From assembly GCA_015680685.1 (NCBI GenBank), contig MNCI01002485.1, positions 1,126,914-1,190,913 on the forward strand: a stretch of DNA of 64,000 nt. The letters are read 5' to 3'. Under the pieces are notes generated by a model. The model saw nothing but the letters and a program-made list of their open reading frames with translations, did not search any database and was not told where the DNA came from. Shown one piece after another: positions 25,500 through 39,062 of this stretch. This DNA comes from Gnetum montanum. Its lineage: Eukaryota; Plantae; Gnetophyta. Both the position numbers and the translations under genes were made by a program. How positions within the stretch are numbered: the stretch's first letter is position 1; every line of letters begins with the position of its first letter.

Positions 25500-26533
25500 T
25501 ATTAACCCATTTTGAATGGAATTTCAAAACCTTAAGAAAAATGGATAGTATAGAATGTATGTGTGAAATTATGATTTTATATAACATGAAAAAGAACTTC
25601 ACAAAGAGATCTAAGAATTCAAGAAAACAATATCTATGTCAAGATGTCAAGATGAAGACTACATGAGCAAGATGAAAGCATGGATGAAAATTAAGTATAA
25701 AAATCAAATGAAGATGCTTCAAGGACTTCTAAGAAAATAAATCAACATGAGAATGACTCAAACTTCAAAGTTCAAAATTTGAGTAGATTTGTTTTAAAAA
25801 AAGAAGACATCTATACTCCATAGTAGACATCTCACTTTCCAAGTAGATGTCTCACTTACATTGAAGATAATTTTAGATAGACAACTAAAATTTGAAATAG
25901 ACATCTATACTAGTCATTTGGTAGCTGTTGCACAGATTCTAAGGAGTTTTTAGAAACTCAAAATCTATAAGATGATGTGAAAATCTTGGAAATTATGTAA
26001 GCATTGTTCACATAAAATTTCTTCATTGTAACATCATTTTCTTGATTATTATTATACTAAGCTTCACGTACAAGGAGCTAAACATTTAGTTACATTCTTT
26101 ACCTATACTTTTGTTTCTTTTTTATAGCCTTGCTAGGTTGATGTGCTCCTTGCAAGAAGACATCATTATTGTGCTTGTTAAGATCATACGAGATTGAGTT
26201 GTTTTGTAGCATCAAAGCACTCTAAAGTATATCATAATTTTGTAAAGGTTGTGGGATCCTTTGAATAATATTTTGAGCTTTTTAGAACCTTGTGGGGTTA
26301 AGTGTTTTCATAGTCATGAAAAACTCTGGGGCAAAGCTCAAAGCTAACATAGGGAGTGATGCCCTTCAAGATACATTTTTGAAGAAATAAAGTTTAGACA
26401 TGTGAATAGATTCTACTCTGAGTGTGGACATAACTAAGTTGGAAAACCATGTAAAGCTTGGTGTGATTTTGTGGTTAGCGTATTTTTAATTTGGGAAAAT
26501 TATTCAACCCCTTTCTAAGTTCTCAATCTAGAG
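25500..26533 (+). repeat. 3' LTR of C1
   Basis: Homologous to the reverse complements of 47694-48523 and of 52768-53111 plus 55962-56668. Confidence 0.75.
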
Positions 26534-28056
26534 GATTCACTTTTTCCTCTTCCTCATGTGAGAAGGATAATTCTTCTAGTAGAATAGGAGTCTAAATTTA
26601 AGAGGTCCCTATACCATTTCCTAAGCATTGTCAAAGCTATGGATCCACCTCAATGAAGGTTGTTCAATTGTGTCTTGCTATTTGAATGTGATGGCACCCA
26701 ATGGTAGTGACATTACAACAATTACAATGTCTAATATAGTCACATGAGTAGTAAAAGAAGGGCATCTTCCTAAAAGAAAACTGATCCTAGTAGTTCCATG
26801 ATGGAGATTCAAATTGATGAGAAAGCTCATTATCTAGATTTATGTAATTCTAGTTTAGAAGTTAATATTATTTCATTGCAATAGTACCTTAATTAGGGGC
26901 TTCCCTATCCAAATATTACTAACATTAGATTGAAGCTTATAGACCTATTGTATACATACCCCATGGAAGAGGTCAATGACATTATGACCACTTCAATGGA
27001 ATGATCATATCTTAATAATTTCTTAGTAATTAAACTATAAAATAATATGGAAGATAGGTTTCCTATAATCATGAAAGAAGGCTGGATGAGCACCATTGAT
27101 GCCAAGATAATTTTCCAAGATGTTCATGTTGATATTGGTAGGAAACAGTAGCTAGAAAGACATAGTATAAGTAGATCTTATATGATTCTTTCCAATCTTA
27201 TGACAAGCATGGTTGTAATTTCTATGTCACTAGGCATTTCTATGTCATTAGATATGTGAATTACCTTGAAGAATTTCTAGTCCATGAAGCCAAACATCAA
27301 TTCTTTGAAAGATCATTCCATATTTTTCCTTATCGAATGTCAAATCATTTGATTAAAAAGTTGAGAATATAATGAATGTAGCTACAATGGTGTAATATGA
27401 TCTTGAATTCTAGGGCATCCTTAATTTGTTCCAAGATATTTCTACATCACCACTCAAAATCAAGACACTTTAAGAAATCTTGGAGTACTTATTCATTATA
27501 GATGATTTCTTTATCATTATTAATTTCTTTTTAATGATCTCCCAAAATTTTGAATTGAAAAGGTAATTGCAAAGTGGAATAAATCATTTACCTAATCCCA
27601 TAATGAACTCATGGAAATTGATACTTTGATATATCAATACAACATATACATAGACTAAAGTGTAAAACCTTGGTAAATACTATAGTGTTGATTCAATCCA
27701 AATATGTAGGTATGGTAAAAAGTGAAATTGTCCATATCCTATGGATTGGTTTCATTTTTACTATCTTTGACAATGAGTGGGTTAGTTTGAGTATAGTTGT
27801 ACCAAAGAAGGGAAATGAAAGAAGAGTCTATATCAACTATAGATTGCTAAATGTTGATGCCTTTAAGGACCATTTCTCACTTACCTTTGTAGACTAGTTA
27901 TTGGATAATATCCTTGGTTAGGACAATTAAAAATTTCTTAATGGGTACTTTAGTAACAATCGAATTAACATTACATTAGAGAATTAAGCAAAAAATACCC
28001 TCATTTATCCATGAGGGATCCTTGTCTTCAAGAGCATGCCCTTTGGGTTATGTAAT

Positions 28057-30958
28057 TGTTGGCACATTTTGGCCATATTATGGAGTAGAAATATAAAAAG
28101 TATGATAAGTTTTTTTTTAAAGAAAGGGGATGTGAAGATATACACTTGAAGACTATTATTAATCATACCTATTTCAACATTAGATAACTATTCTATTTAG
28201 TAATGCTATTAATTCATATTCTCCTTGCCTAAGGTTTAATTCACTATCCAAGATAAACCCATTACAAAACCATTATATTTGGGTGGACACATTTAATTCA
28301 AAAATATATATTTCAGTTGAGGATGGATAGTTTGAATATTAGAAATTTTATAATTCCAAGTCCAACTAAAGAAAAAACATCAGAGTAGTACAACAAGAAT
28401 ACCATTATAGTTCCAATTTTTTTTAAAAAAATATAATTATATCAAGCAAAGGTTCACTCATTATCATTAATACTCACGAAATCACCAATACCATGTTTAG
28501 TGTGGCCTTCATGACATTGATGGGTTGAATCATTGTGGAGACATGACAAGAATAAGCATTAAATCCCTCACAACCCTATTCCTTGGTTCTCAATTATTTG
28601 TTTTACAATGATTTCCTCATTTGTTGCAAGTGTACCTCTAGTGCTTAAAAACATTTCCTACCAAGAAAGAAATATAAATACAGAAATGAAAGTGAATGCA
28701 ACCTTTGCATTTTGTTTAAGGTTTGACAATGCTAGGGAATTATTTTTTGAGCATTTCTCAAGACTCTATAGTTGCTCTATTTCAGTTTTATTTCTCAAAG
28801 ATAAAATATGCAATAGTAGGGTTAACTTGGATGGACACAAGAGCTTTTGCCTATTGTACTATTTTAAAAAAAATAAATGAAACAAATATGAATAATGGAT
28901 ATCCCTGGAAGACTATCTAATGGACCTACAACTAAATAAGAAAGAACAAGAATCATTTCAAATGGTAATGTTGCCAATTGTCACTTCACCAAAAAGTAAA
29001 ATTACAAGAAGATATGGGAGCTCCATTGCCATATTAGCTATCGATTCTTATTCTTGTTTCATTACTATTATTATGTCCATCATTGTTCCTATAGAGGCCT
29101 TCACCGTCTCCATCTCAATGTAATCTGGTTTTGGAATGTCATTGGAAATGGGCTTTGATTATGATTGAATTGTAATGACATCAGCTATGGTAGTTTTAGG
29201 AAGAAAGGATGACATATGGCAAGAGGTATCAAACCTTACATGTGCCAGGGTTTTGATAACTTAATTCCATGTTGTTGCAAGGTAAATTTTTTGAAGCTGC
29301 CATTGGTGATTCTTGCATCATTTTTATTGATGTTTCTAGCAATGACCTTGATAAAGCTTATCAACAAGACATCGAAATTATGAGTTGTTGTAAACTATGA
29401 GTTCATTGCCTAAACTAATGATGGTTATTGTAATAGAATACACACATACCTAAACACTTGGTCTAAGCATATGCTATCTCCTTTAATTAGCCAATCATAT
29501 GTTTACTTGGTTCCACTTAAATAAAAACTCAATTTAAATGGAGAAGAAGAATTTACATGATATTTGTACAACTTGCTATATAAAGAAGATATTTGGCTAT
29601 GACTCCTTTTATTTTTATGGAATTTGTAACTTCCTATGATGATATTTGTTACCAAGGAAGAACTTGGAAACTATATCTTAAATTTTTCATAATTCCCATG
29701 GAAGTTATAACTTCTACAATGGTTATAAATTTATATGCCTAAGATATTTGTAAGATCCATAACTTCACATGATTATTGTAACTACCTTAAGGTCGCTACA
29801 AAAGAACCTTCAAAGGTAGACTAAAAGGGGGAGGAAGATTGGAAAAAAACATTTAAATAATTCTTGTAAGATGGCTTATTGAAGACATCAATTCGGCTAC
29901 TTTGTTTTAATCTTGTGAGTTCATTTCTTTCCATTTTGTTTCAGTTTCTTAGCTAATGGTTTAGATAGTATCATTCTTTGCATTTAATTTTGGAATTTAT
30001 TCTAGGTTGCTTTTATAGCTCTATTTTTGTGCAATATTAGACTTCTATTAAGATTTTCCATAGAAGAGCTCATGTTTTTGGAAGCCTCAAGAGCAATTTA
30101 ATAGTAGTGCCTTAATGAAATTGCCTATTTTGACCATAGAGGATCTAGGAAAGGCTTTGGTATTTTGATGAGACTAAAATAGGTTCTTTATTTTTAAAGT
30201 TTATTACCTTGGTATTCAACCAAAAAAATTATCAATTTTTTTAAAAGCTCTATGGAATGTAATATTTAACATCTATCAACTAGCCAAAATAGAGACTTGC
30301 ACTTTGTGATTTATGGAGAAATATATGGTATTATAATAAGATTGTTTTTATGAAATTGATTATTAAGCTCTAAAAGTTTGGACAATTTGTAGTTATTGAA
30401 TTGGAAATAGCTTTATTGCAAAGTGTTTTCTCATGTCAATTTATCTTACTTAATATTTGAGATTTCACACAAATCTACTTCTTTTCTTTCTCTTTCTATG
30501 TCCATTGAATCTTGCTTTATTTATAGTTTTCATGTGGAACTTTTTCTCTAGGGGAAATTTGGAGTAGATTGAAAGAATTATGCTTAAATGTTTTTGTAAT
30601 ATTTTATTTTTTACAAGTAGGTATTATAAGGATCATATAGACTATGTGATTAAACAAAATTGAAATCTCCAACAACTCATAGTGTTTGACAAAGTTGGTC
30701 AAATCTCCTTTATGATAGTTGATTACAATTTTATACATATCCCAACCATTTCAACATTTTCAATAGTAGAAATATATTCATGTCTAGTACATTTTATAAC
30801 TATTGAGTTTATTTGGAGGTATTTAGGCTTTGGTGCTGCTAGAGACTAGCAAACATCTAAACCCTATTTGAAGAACACTTTCAATCCTATGACTTCCCCA
30901 GGTCGCAAGACTGTGGAGACCACCATGTTGACATTTGCATCCCAAGTGGTCACCAATA
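28057..30958 (+). repeat. 5' LTR of D
   Basis: TGTTGGCACATTTTGGCC...CACCAATA, colinear with 39063-42642. Confidence 0.9.
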
Positions 30959-31339
30959 GTTCTTTTAGTGCTAGAAGGAGGGTGTAAAATTTATCGTCTA
31001 AGTTCATAAGCCTAATAGTCCTAGCACACCAATACTTCTTTATTGCTAGAAGGGTTCAAGAAATTAGATACTATTTTTAGTTGATGACCAAGAAGATTGA
31101 TAGTTTTGGAAGACTTCAAAGCTTCCAAGGAATTTTTTAATTATAATACTAAATATTCATCTAAAGAAGAATAAAAGACATATTCTAAAATTGGAACAAG
31201 TAGTGGAGTAAAGACTAGAAAGATAAGAAGATCGCCCCTTCTTTTTCTTTTATTATTCCATAAGAGAATACCAAAGAAGTATAAGAGTTCAATGATAAAA
31301 ACGAATTCTAGTAGGATGGAAAATCCCTAGCAAAAAGTT

Positions 31340-34300
31340 ACACTTTTAGGTTTTCAAGATTACAATGATATTCCTAAAGTAGTTTCCAAATATTTGCCTA
31401 AAAATTTTATTCCTGGAAAAGCATACTTAGCTAAAGAGTATATTCACATATTTGAGTTAGCTTTGGCTCATGAAAATGTTCAACATCAAGATCAAGCTTG
31501 TAGATTGTTTCTAGAAAATTTAAAGGATATGGATCAAATTTGCTATTTGAACTTACCAAGTAATAGTCTCACAAGTTGAGATGATATGAAGAGTCTTTTC
31601 TTTGCCCAATTAGGTAATCAATTAGATCAACAACAATTGTACTATGGGATAATGCAAGCTAAGAAAGGAGTTAAAGAGTTAGTTAGAGATTTCAATATTA
31701 AGTTTCAAAAAATTTGTAAACTCTTTAAAAGAAACTATAGATCATTAGAAAAAATACTTAGAGATACTTATCTTAAGGCACTGAATCCCAATATTTCAAG
31801 TTCGTTATGAAGAACTCCAAACTTGATAACACTCAATGACTACTTTAGTGAAGCTATATAGTTAGAAAAATAGTTAAACTTGAATCATGAAGAGATTATC
31901 ACAACTCAAAAAAGAGAAGAAAAAAATGATGATTCATGTGCAATATTTTGCTGAACTTAAAACATTACTAGGTCCATATCATATTAAGATAGAGCAAGAG
32001 TTAGAAAGCAAACAATCTAAAAAAGGTTAATTAATGAGAGACTTCTTCAAAAAAGTAGTGAAGCTAGAAAAAGATTTGGAAAAGGTTAAAATCAAGGAAG
32101 ACAAGAAAGATAGAAAACATAAACATAAAGATACTAAGTTAGTAGAAGATGAGGATGAAAGTGATCTTATCATGTCCAAATTCCTTGATATTAAATTAGA
32201 TAATGAGTTATCTAGTGTTCATTATGCAAGTAAATCTTCTAACAATGGATGTAGTGATACTTCTTCTCTATTAGGTTTTGAAGTGAATATATCATTAGAT
32301 GATGAATATAATAATAATGAGGAAAATGGGTATAATATTCAATCAAAAGAAATTTTAACTACTTCTAAACCTCCAAATGTCATTTCTAATCCATATACTA
32401 AAAGAATGGTTTTGAACCAAGTAGAAGAAAGAAAAATAAAAATAAAGAAGATGAAGTAGGGCAAAGTACTCAAAATCAAACTTTCAACAAGTGTATAAAG
32501 AAACCATGCTTTTATGGAGATGGAAAATATGATTTAATTAAAGATCTTAAACATGTTAGAGCCAAAATTAGTATATATCAATTGTTACATATTGATGATC
32601 ATAAAAGAAAAGCTTTAGAGTTTATTAAAGGTAAAAAGAGAGTTGGAGAATCAGAATTAAGCTATGTGTTAAACAATGTTGTTTGTGGAGACTTCAATGC
32701 CAAACATGAAAGTAGTGTTTTTCAATTTTTAAAATATGGAGGTGTAAAGGAATCTTTGGAAGATGAACTTGATTTGAAGAAGATATTTCCGTCAATTCAA
32801 CATGAAATTCCATTAGCTACTGCATATTCTGCTAACTTTGAATCTTCACTAGATAAATCAACTTCTAGAATTTAGGAATGGATGATGTTGATGGATAATA
32901 ATCATCAAGAACCATAATTTACCAATCACTCTACAATGATTAATGAGGATGGATCTACAAACTTTATCATTGAGACCCTATATTATATTTGGTATGATGT
33001 ATGATTCTTTCAAGTTATCAAGTTACTAGAGTTGATTTATAAAGAAGAAGTTGAGAAGAATCAAGATCAAGCCTAGCCATCCTATACAAGACCATCTGAT
33101 CATATACCACTTATGGTAGAATTGCAATTACTTCCATCAATTCATAAAGGTTGATTAAGAACAGGAAGTATTTCATCCTTACTTTTATTTATGATCTTAT
33201 TATTTTATTCATTAGTTTAAATTATATTTCAATTAGATTAATAGAATAATTAAACGTAATGAAAACTTGGGAATAAAAGAATTTGCCTTGCCTTCACTTG
33301 GAAAACCAAATTCAAGTTATACTTTATGTGATCTTGGTAAGGACTAGTGATTGGTGATTGGTAGATATTTAAGTTACTTCTCATTATCTTAAAAAATGAG
33401 GTAAATAATAATAAAGTAATATTTAATTTTCCATATATTTTTCTCACATATATTTTGTTTGAAGAATAAGCAAGAAACAAATTCAAGTTCAAAGAAGAAA
33501 TCAAATTGTTAAAGCATAGGGTCATAACAAGAAGCATTAGAATTGGAAAAATATAGTAAATGTGCACTTGTTTGAGGATAAATGAAACCTAAGGGACATA
33601 GATTATCACATACCCATTCCCAAATGATGGTGCAACCTGATGAAGATTATGCCTTTTCATAACAAGTATTATTGTTATCTTAATAAAGACCCAAAAGGGA
33701 AGTTGTAATTAAGACCTAAAAGAGTATATTGTAATAATGGATGTGTCTCTTAAGGTAATGTTTGGGTGTTTGAACTAAGGCATTTATACCCAAGGTCATG
33801 CCAGCATGGTGTGACAAATCTGATACAACCAAGTCATGAGAGCTAGGTGAAGCAAGACAAGAAGTGGACTAGCCATCCCTTCTGGCCGAGTTATAAGCCT
33901 AACCGTGGTGGCAATGTTAGATTGACTTTGAGGGATAGATGCCAAAGGAAGAAAATCCCAAGGAACACTCTTAGAGCACAATTTGGATATGCTATTCCAT
34001 ATCAATAAAGCATTCTTTTCTTTCTCTTCATGCATTTTCCTATTATTTTCTTTATACATAATATTAAATGTTACATATATTTCGCATTTGGTATATTTCC
34101 TTCATATGTATAATGTCTAATATATTGTATATTATAAAATTTTCCATGACATATGAGGATGGGATGTCATACACATGGTCTTTTGTTGAGTATAAGTTGG
34201 AGTAAAAATTTCTCAGGTTATATGTAAACAAATTATTCACACATGTGGCTACATTGGAAAAGGGAACCAAATCAAATTTACATATATAATGAACCGTTGA

Positions 34301-37300
34301 TGGTTGAAAATACTACTTCAAATGGAAAAAACAATGCTATTGAAACAAGAGCTTTCAAAACCAAAATTTGCACACTTTAAGAAATTTATAATTTGGAAAA
34401 TGAAGAATCTTAAAATGAGAGCAAATGAAAAGTATAGTTTGATGGTTCTTGTAACTTGAAAGGTGCAAGAGCCAGAGTCATTCTAGTAAAAGATGATTTT
34501 TGAAAAATATTCAAGGAAATTCATCTATCTTTCCCTTGTACAAATAACAAGGTTGAATATGAAGCTCTAAGTATTGGAATTAAAAAAACATTGGAAAAAG
34601 GAATCAAGGTAATCATCATAAAAGGAGACTCAAGATTGGTATGTGAATAGGTCAATGGTAATAGTGTAGTAAAGAGTTCATTTTTGTGATCTCATAAAAA
34701 TTTTATCTATAAAATGCTAAATCAATTTCATCATTACCAAATAAAACATATACGTAGAGAAGATAATTATATAGTAGATGACTTAGCAAAAGTAGCTTCA
34801 TCATTAGATGTGAAAAGGATAGAAAGTTATGAAGATGTAATGATCAAGAATAAACATCAGCCATTAGCACCAGATAACATAAAACATTTACAAATATTTG
34901 AAGATGATGATCAATTTCTTATATTGTTGAGAAATAAGAACGAATTTGAAGGTCAAATCATAGCTAAAATAGCATTAGGGTTTAGGACAAATTCCATTCC
35001 CAAAAAAGTGATTGATTATGGACATGAGTTTAAAAAACGTTTGCTTACTAGAAAGGATGTACAAAATCTAGATGATCAAGTTTATGAAGTAGTGATTTTT
35101 AGATTTACTGAGTTGCCAAAGATGTTAAATGTCACAAAGGAAAAGGATTCTATTTTTAAGGAAAATTTATTATTACTCCTACAAAATAATTTGAAAACTT
35201 TTACTTGGTATTATGATGATCTTAAATCTTTTAGATTAGATGTGATGACACATATGAGTCCTTTGATAGATGATTGTAAGATAATTAAAAAAAATTTAAT
35301 TCATCATTTAAGATAGCTATGGAAGCTACGATCAAGAAGTTATTACAAGCCCAAATCATATATTTGGTTTGATATTTGACATGGCTTGTTAACCTTATAC
35401 CAATAAGAAAGAAGAATGATGATATTAGAATTTGTGTAGATTTCAAAAATTCGAATGAAGCCTTAGAAAAATAATAAATGCCCACTTCCTAGAATTGATA
35501 AAATGTTAATAAAAGTATCAGGTTATTAGGTATATTTTCATAGATAGTTTTTTAGGCTATAATCAGATCATGGTAGATGAGGGAAATAGATATAGAACAA
35601 CATTTATCACCGATTGAAGAACTTTTACTTACCAAATAATGCCATTTGGATTATCAAACATTGGAGCTACTTTTCAAAGAGTAATGAATTTGGCCTTTAA
35701 AGGATTCATAGGTGAATTCATTGTGGTTTATTTGGAAGATATCACCATATTTTCAAAAAGGAAGGAGGATCATATTAGTCATATTCATTAAGTTTCTGAT
35801 AAATGTCATGAGTATGATAATTCATTAAATCACAAAGAAATGTATCTTTTAAATTAAATTTGGAAGTTTATTAGGTCATGTAATCTATCAAGAAGGAATT
35901 GATAGATAACTCCTGAATCCAAGTAGTACAAAATATCAAGAATCCTATAGGTAAAATGTCTCTTAGATCTTTCTTTAGAAAGATAAATTTGTTAAGAAAA
36001 TTGTCCCTGGATTCATTGAAATTACTAAACCTCTTATGCATATGCTAAAGAAAAATGTCCTAATAGAGAAGACACTAAACTCAAAGAAATATTTATTAGA
36101 AATTAAGAAATATATTCCAAAAGCTCCTTATCAAAACCAAAATTAAAAGAAGAATTTTGGTTATCTACTTTTGCTTCAAATGATTCAGTATCTACAGTTT
36201 TAGGTAAAACAAAAAAAGAGAAAACAAGAGAGAGTCAAGATCAACTAATCAGATATTTTGGATATTAGTTGAAAGGTTTAGAGCTAAATTATTCAAACTT
36301 AGATAAATAATTATTCATAGTTATTAAGGCACTTCTACATTTCAAATATTAATTGGAAAGCTCATTAGTTCATATTATCCTAATTGAGCTTGTAGTCAAA
36401 ACATTTTTAGCCCAAAATGAAATTGGGTTGAAAAGAGAAAAGTGGCTCATAAAGCTTTAAGGTTTTAGATTTTCATTAGAAATATGAAAAAAAATTAAAA
36501 GAATGAGATTAGCCAAGTTAATAGCTAGAATAGATGAAGTATGTATGCTTAAGACGCATGACAAAAATTGGTATGATGAAATTCTAGAATTCCTTAATAT
36601 AAGAAAGGTTTCAAAAACTTAACTGCAAGTCAAAAGAGAGATTTCTCTAAAAGGGTAAATAAATTTATCATTAAAATTGGATTTTTTATACAAATTATTT
36701 TAGAGGGTTTTTGTTGGAATGTATTCACAATATAAAATTGATCCTATTTTAGAACAATTTCATGATTATTCCAATTTGTTTTATGAATCTTCTAAGTCCA
36801 CTATGTAACATATACTTCGTTATGGTTTTTATTGAAATAATATGTATTAAGATATTAGTTTGAAAATTCAAAGATGTTACAAATGTCAAATTCATGGGAC
36901 AAAATTCAAAAATGCTAAAGCTCCTTTAAAACTAATAATAGCGAATAGACCATTTTAGCAATGGGGCTTAGATTGCATTGGTACAGTTACACATTTGAGA
37001 GCTAGACATAATTTTATTCTCATAGCTACTAATTATTTTACTAAAAGGTCTAAAGCAAAGGCTCTAAGAAACTGTTTAGCATCCAATGTGATTAAGTTCT
37101 TGGAAGATCAAATTTTAACTCATTTTGGTCTACTTGAAGTGTTGATATCTAATAATGCGCATGCTTTTCAATCTAAAGAATTTATAACATGGATGATGGA
37201 AAAATCCATATTTCTATTTTCTTCTTCAAATTATTATCCTCAAGGAAATGGCTTAGCTAAATCTATAAATAAAAAGCTTATTTCTTACATTATGAGATTG

Positions 37301-37770
37301 ATGGATGGAAATCTAGGAGATTGGATTGATTATTTGCAATCTGCATTATGGACTAATCATATTAGATTTAATAAGGCTATTGAAATTCAGCTTATAAATT
37401 ACTCTATTGATTTCTTGCAAGATTATGAACAAAATTATAAGTTTGGCATTAGATTTTGTGAAAAAATATAGTGAGAAAACTGAGAAAGATAGAAGTTTCA
37501 TACACTTTTGTCAACAAAGGAAAAGCCAAAATGGATAAAGATATAGATAATTTATTAAAGAACATTTTCCATGTCAAAAGGTGGCTTGATAGAAAGGCTC
37601 TATAAGGAACTTTTAAGGTTGGTGATCTCATATTATTATGGAATATGAAAAAGTCAAATAAGTCTTAGGAAAAAATTATCTAGAGATACATAGATATTAT
37701 CAACACTAGATGGGATAGAGTTGTAGTTTCCATATAATTTTTTGCATATAAAACATTATTTTGGACAACT
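31340..37770 (+). pseudogene. gag-pol of D with an additional archaeal-type RNase H upstream of RT
   Basis: Gag ORFs 31394-31810; SHMWLHWKREPNQI at ~34240; aRH FDGS...TNNKVEYEAL...GDSRLV...HIRREDNYIVDDLA at 34435-34800; RT MPFGLSNIGATFQR and VYLEDI at ~35640-35745; INT ORF 36995-37471. Confidence 0.88.
33604..34171 (+). mobile_element. Solo LTR E1 (family related to the chromovirus LTR)
   Basis: Homologous to 40476-41112; shares AGCCTAAC.GTGGTGG.AATG.TAGATTG and the GGATGTCA(C/T)A end with 11088-11592. TSD is weak (TAGAT/CACAT). Confidence 0.85.
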
Positions 37771-37789
37771 ACCCACAATTTGAATCTAT

Positions 37790-37980
37790 ATGTATAAATA
37801 AATATATATATGTATATAATATAGTAATATATATGTATATGTGTAGGTAACTATAATAATATTTAGTATACATAGTAGTAAATAATGAAATTTTAGTAAT
37901 AATATATATATATAATAAGTAACATACATATAGTCTTATATAATATTTAACCATACCATATATATCCTATACGTATGTTT
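37790..37980. repeat. Degenerate (AT)n low-complexity tract
   Basis: TATATA-rich stretch after the integrase of D. Confidence 0.7.
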
Positions 37981-39062
37981 AGATAAGTCTATTTAGTATT
38001 ATTAAAACATGTATAGGTTAGAGTACTAGTTTAAATAATATTTAATTGAAGTGTTAATTAAATTATTCAATTTATATTATCTCAAGTAATCATTACTTGT
38101 CATGTGTGTAAGTGGGAGTGATGGTTAGATAATTACTTGGTGGTGAATTAATTTCAATAACCAAGAAGTGGAATTCAAATTGGCCTACTGTATAATGAGG
38201 GAAAGATAATTAATTTTGGCAAAGTGGCAAAGTTGGTTAGTGAAATTTGTGGGAATTTAAAACTTTATTTAAACTATAAAAAGAGATGTGGATTGCTTAG
38301 GATTGCATCATTTCTCAATTCAAGATTTATGGGGGAAATGTAAGTGAAGTGTTTAAGTGTAAGGAAGACGATGGTTCTTGGAGAAAGAGTAATAAGAAGG
38401 TCAGTTATCTCACATGTCATGGGATGTTATCCAAAACATGTGTTGAGGGCCTATTGTAAGGAAACTACCCATGAACCATCAAGTGAAAGCCCTTTCCTAT
38501 TATGGCTTTCAGATGAGTTTAGATTTCTCACCAGTGGACTTTCTATACATTTCAATGTTTAGGATAGCCTCCATGAATGTAATACTCAAGCTAAAGATCA
38601 AAAGGAATCTAGTAGAGATGATTGCTAGGGAGAAGCTTTTATGTCTTAAGACATAGAAGCATCTAATTGGGAAGAACCCTAGAAATTAGCAACAAAAGAG
38701 ATGGATGCAAAGGAGACAAAAACAATTGTGGAAGATAAAGGTGAAGACCAAGATGAGACTTCATCTAGGCAAAAAGAGGAAAGAAAAGCACTCATCACAA
38801 CTACGATAACATATGAAAAAACTCTCAATATGAGAATCCCTGAGAGATTTATTCTAACTATTTTCTTTCCATCCACAAACTAGTTTATATGATATTGAGT
38901 TTGTATAGTTTCCTAAGTTTTATTAGGAATGAGGTTTTTATTTCATCAAACCTTAAGTTTGATGAAATTTTTCCTCAAATAATATTTTTATTTCTATGTA
39001 AAAAGAAAAGTTTATAATAAATTCTATGTATTTCAACTAAAGTGTAAAAATGGGAAATGAAA

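Larger units (their letters stand above)
10960..26533 (+). mobile_element. Sirevirus-like pol-less copia element C1 in three pieces: 10960-11087, 20493-20641 and 23379-26533
   Basis: The pieces are colinear with the reverse complement of C2 (50895 down to 47694). Env-like ORF remnant at ~23537-25168; 3' LTR at ~25500-26533. Confidence 0.75.

Noticed and set aside
28658-28702. Candidate GT-AG intron in the D LTR cargo
   Set aside because: Only 45 nt, and the sites are not conserved in the 3' LTR copy.
33630-33665. CTGATGA in solo LTR E1 as a retrozyme hammerhead
   Set aside because: No GAAA core follows the hairpin, and the sister LTR E2 has CTAATGA.
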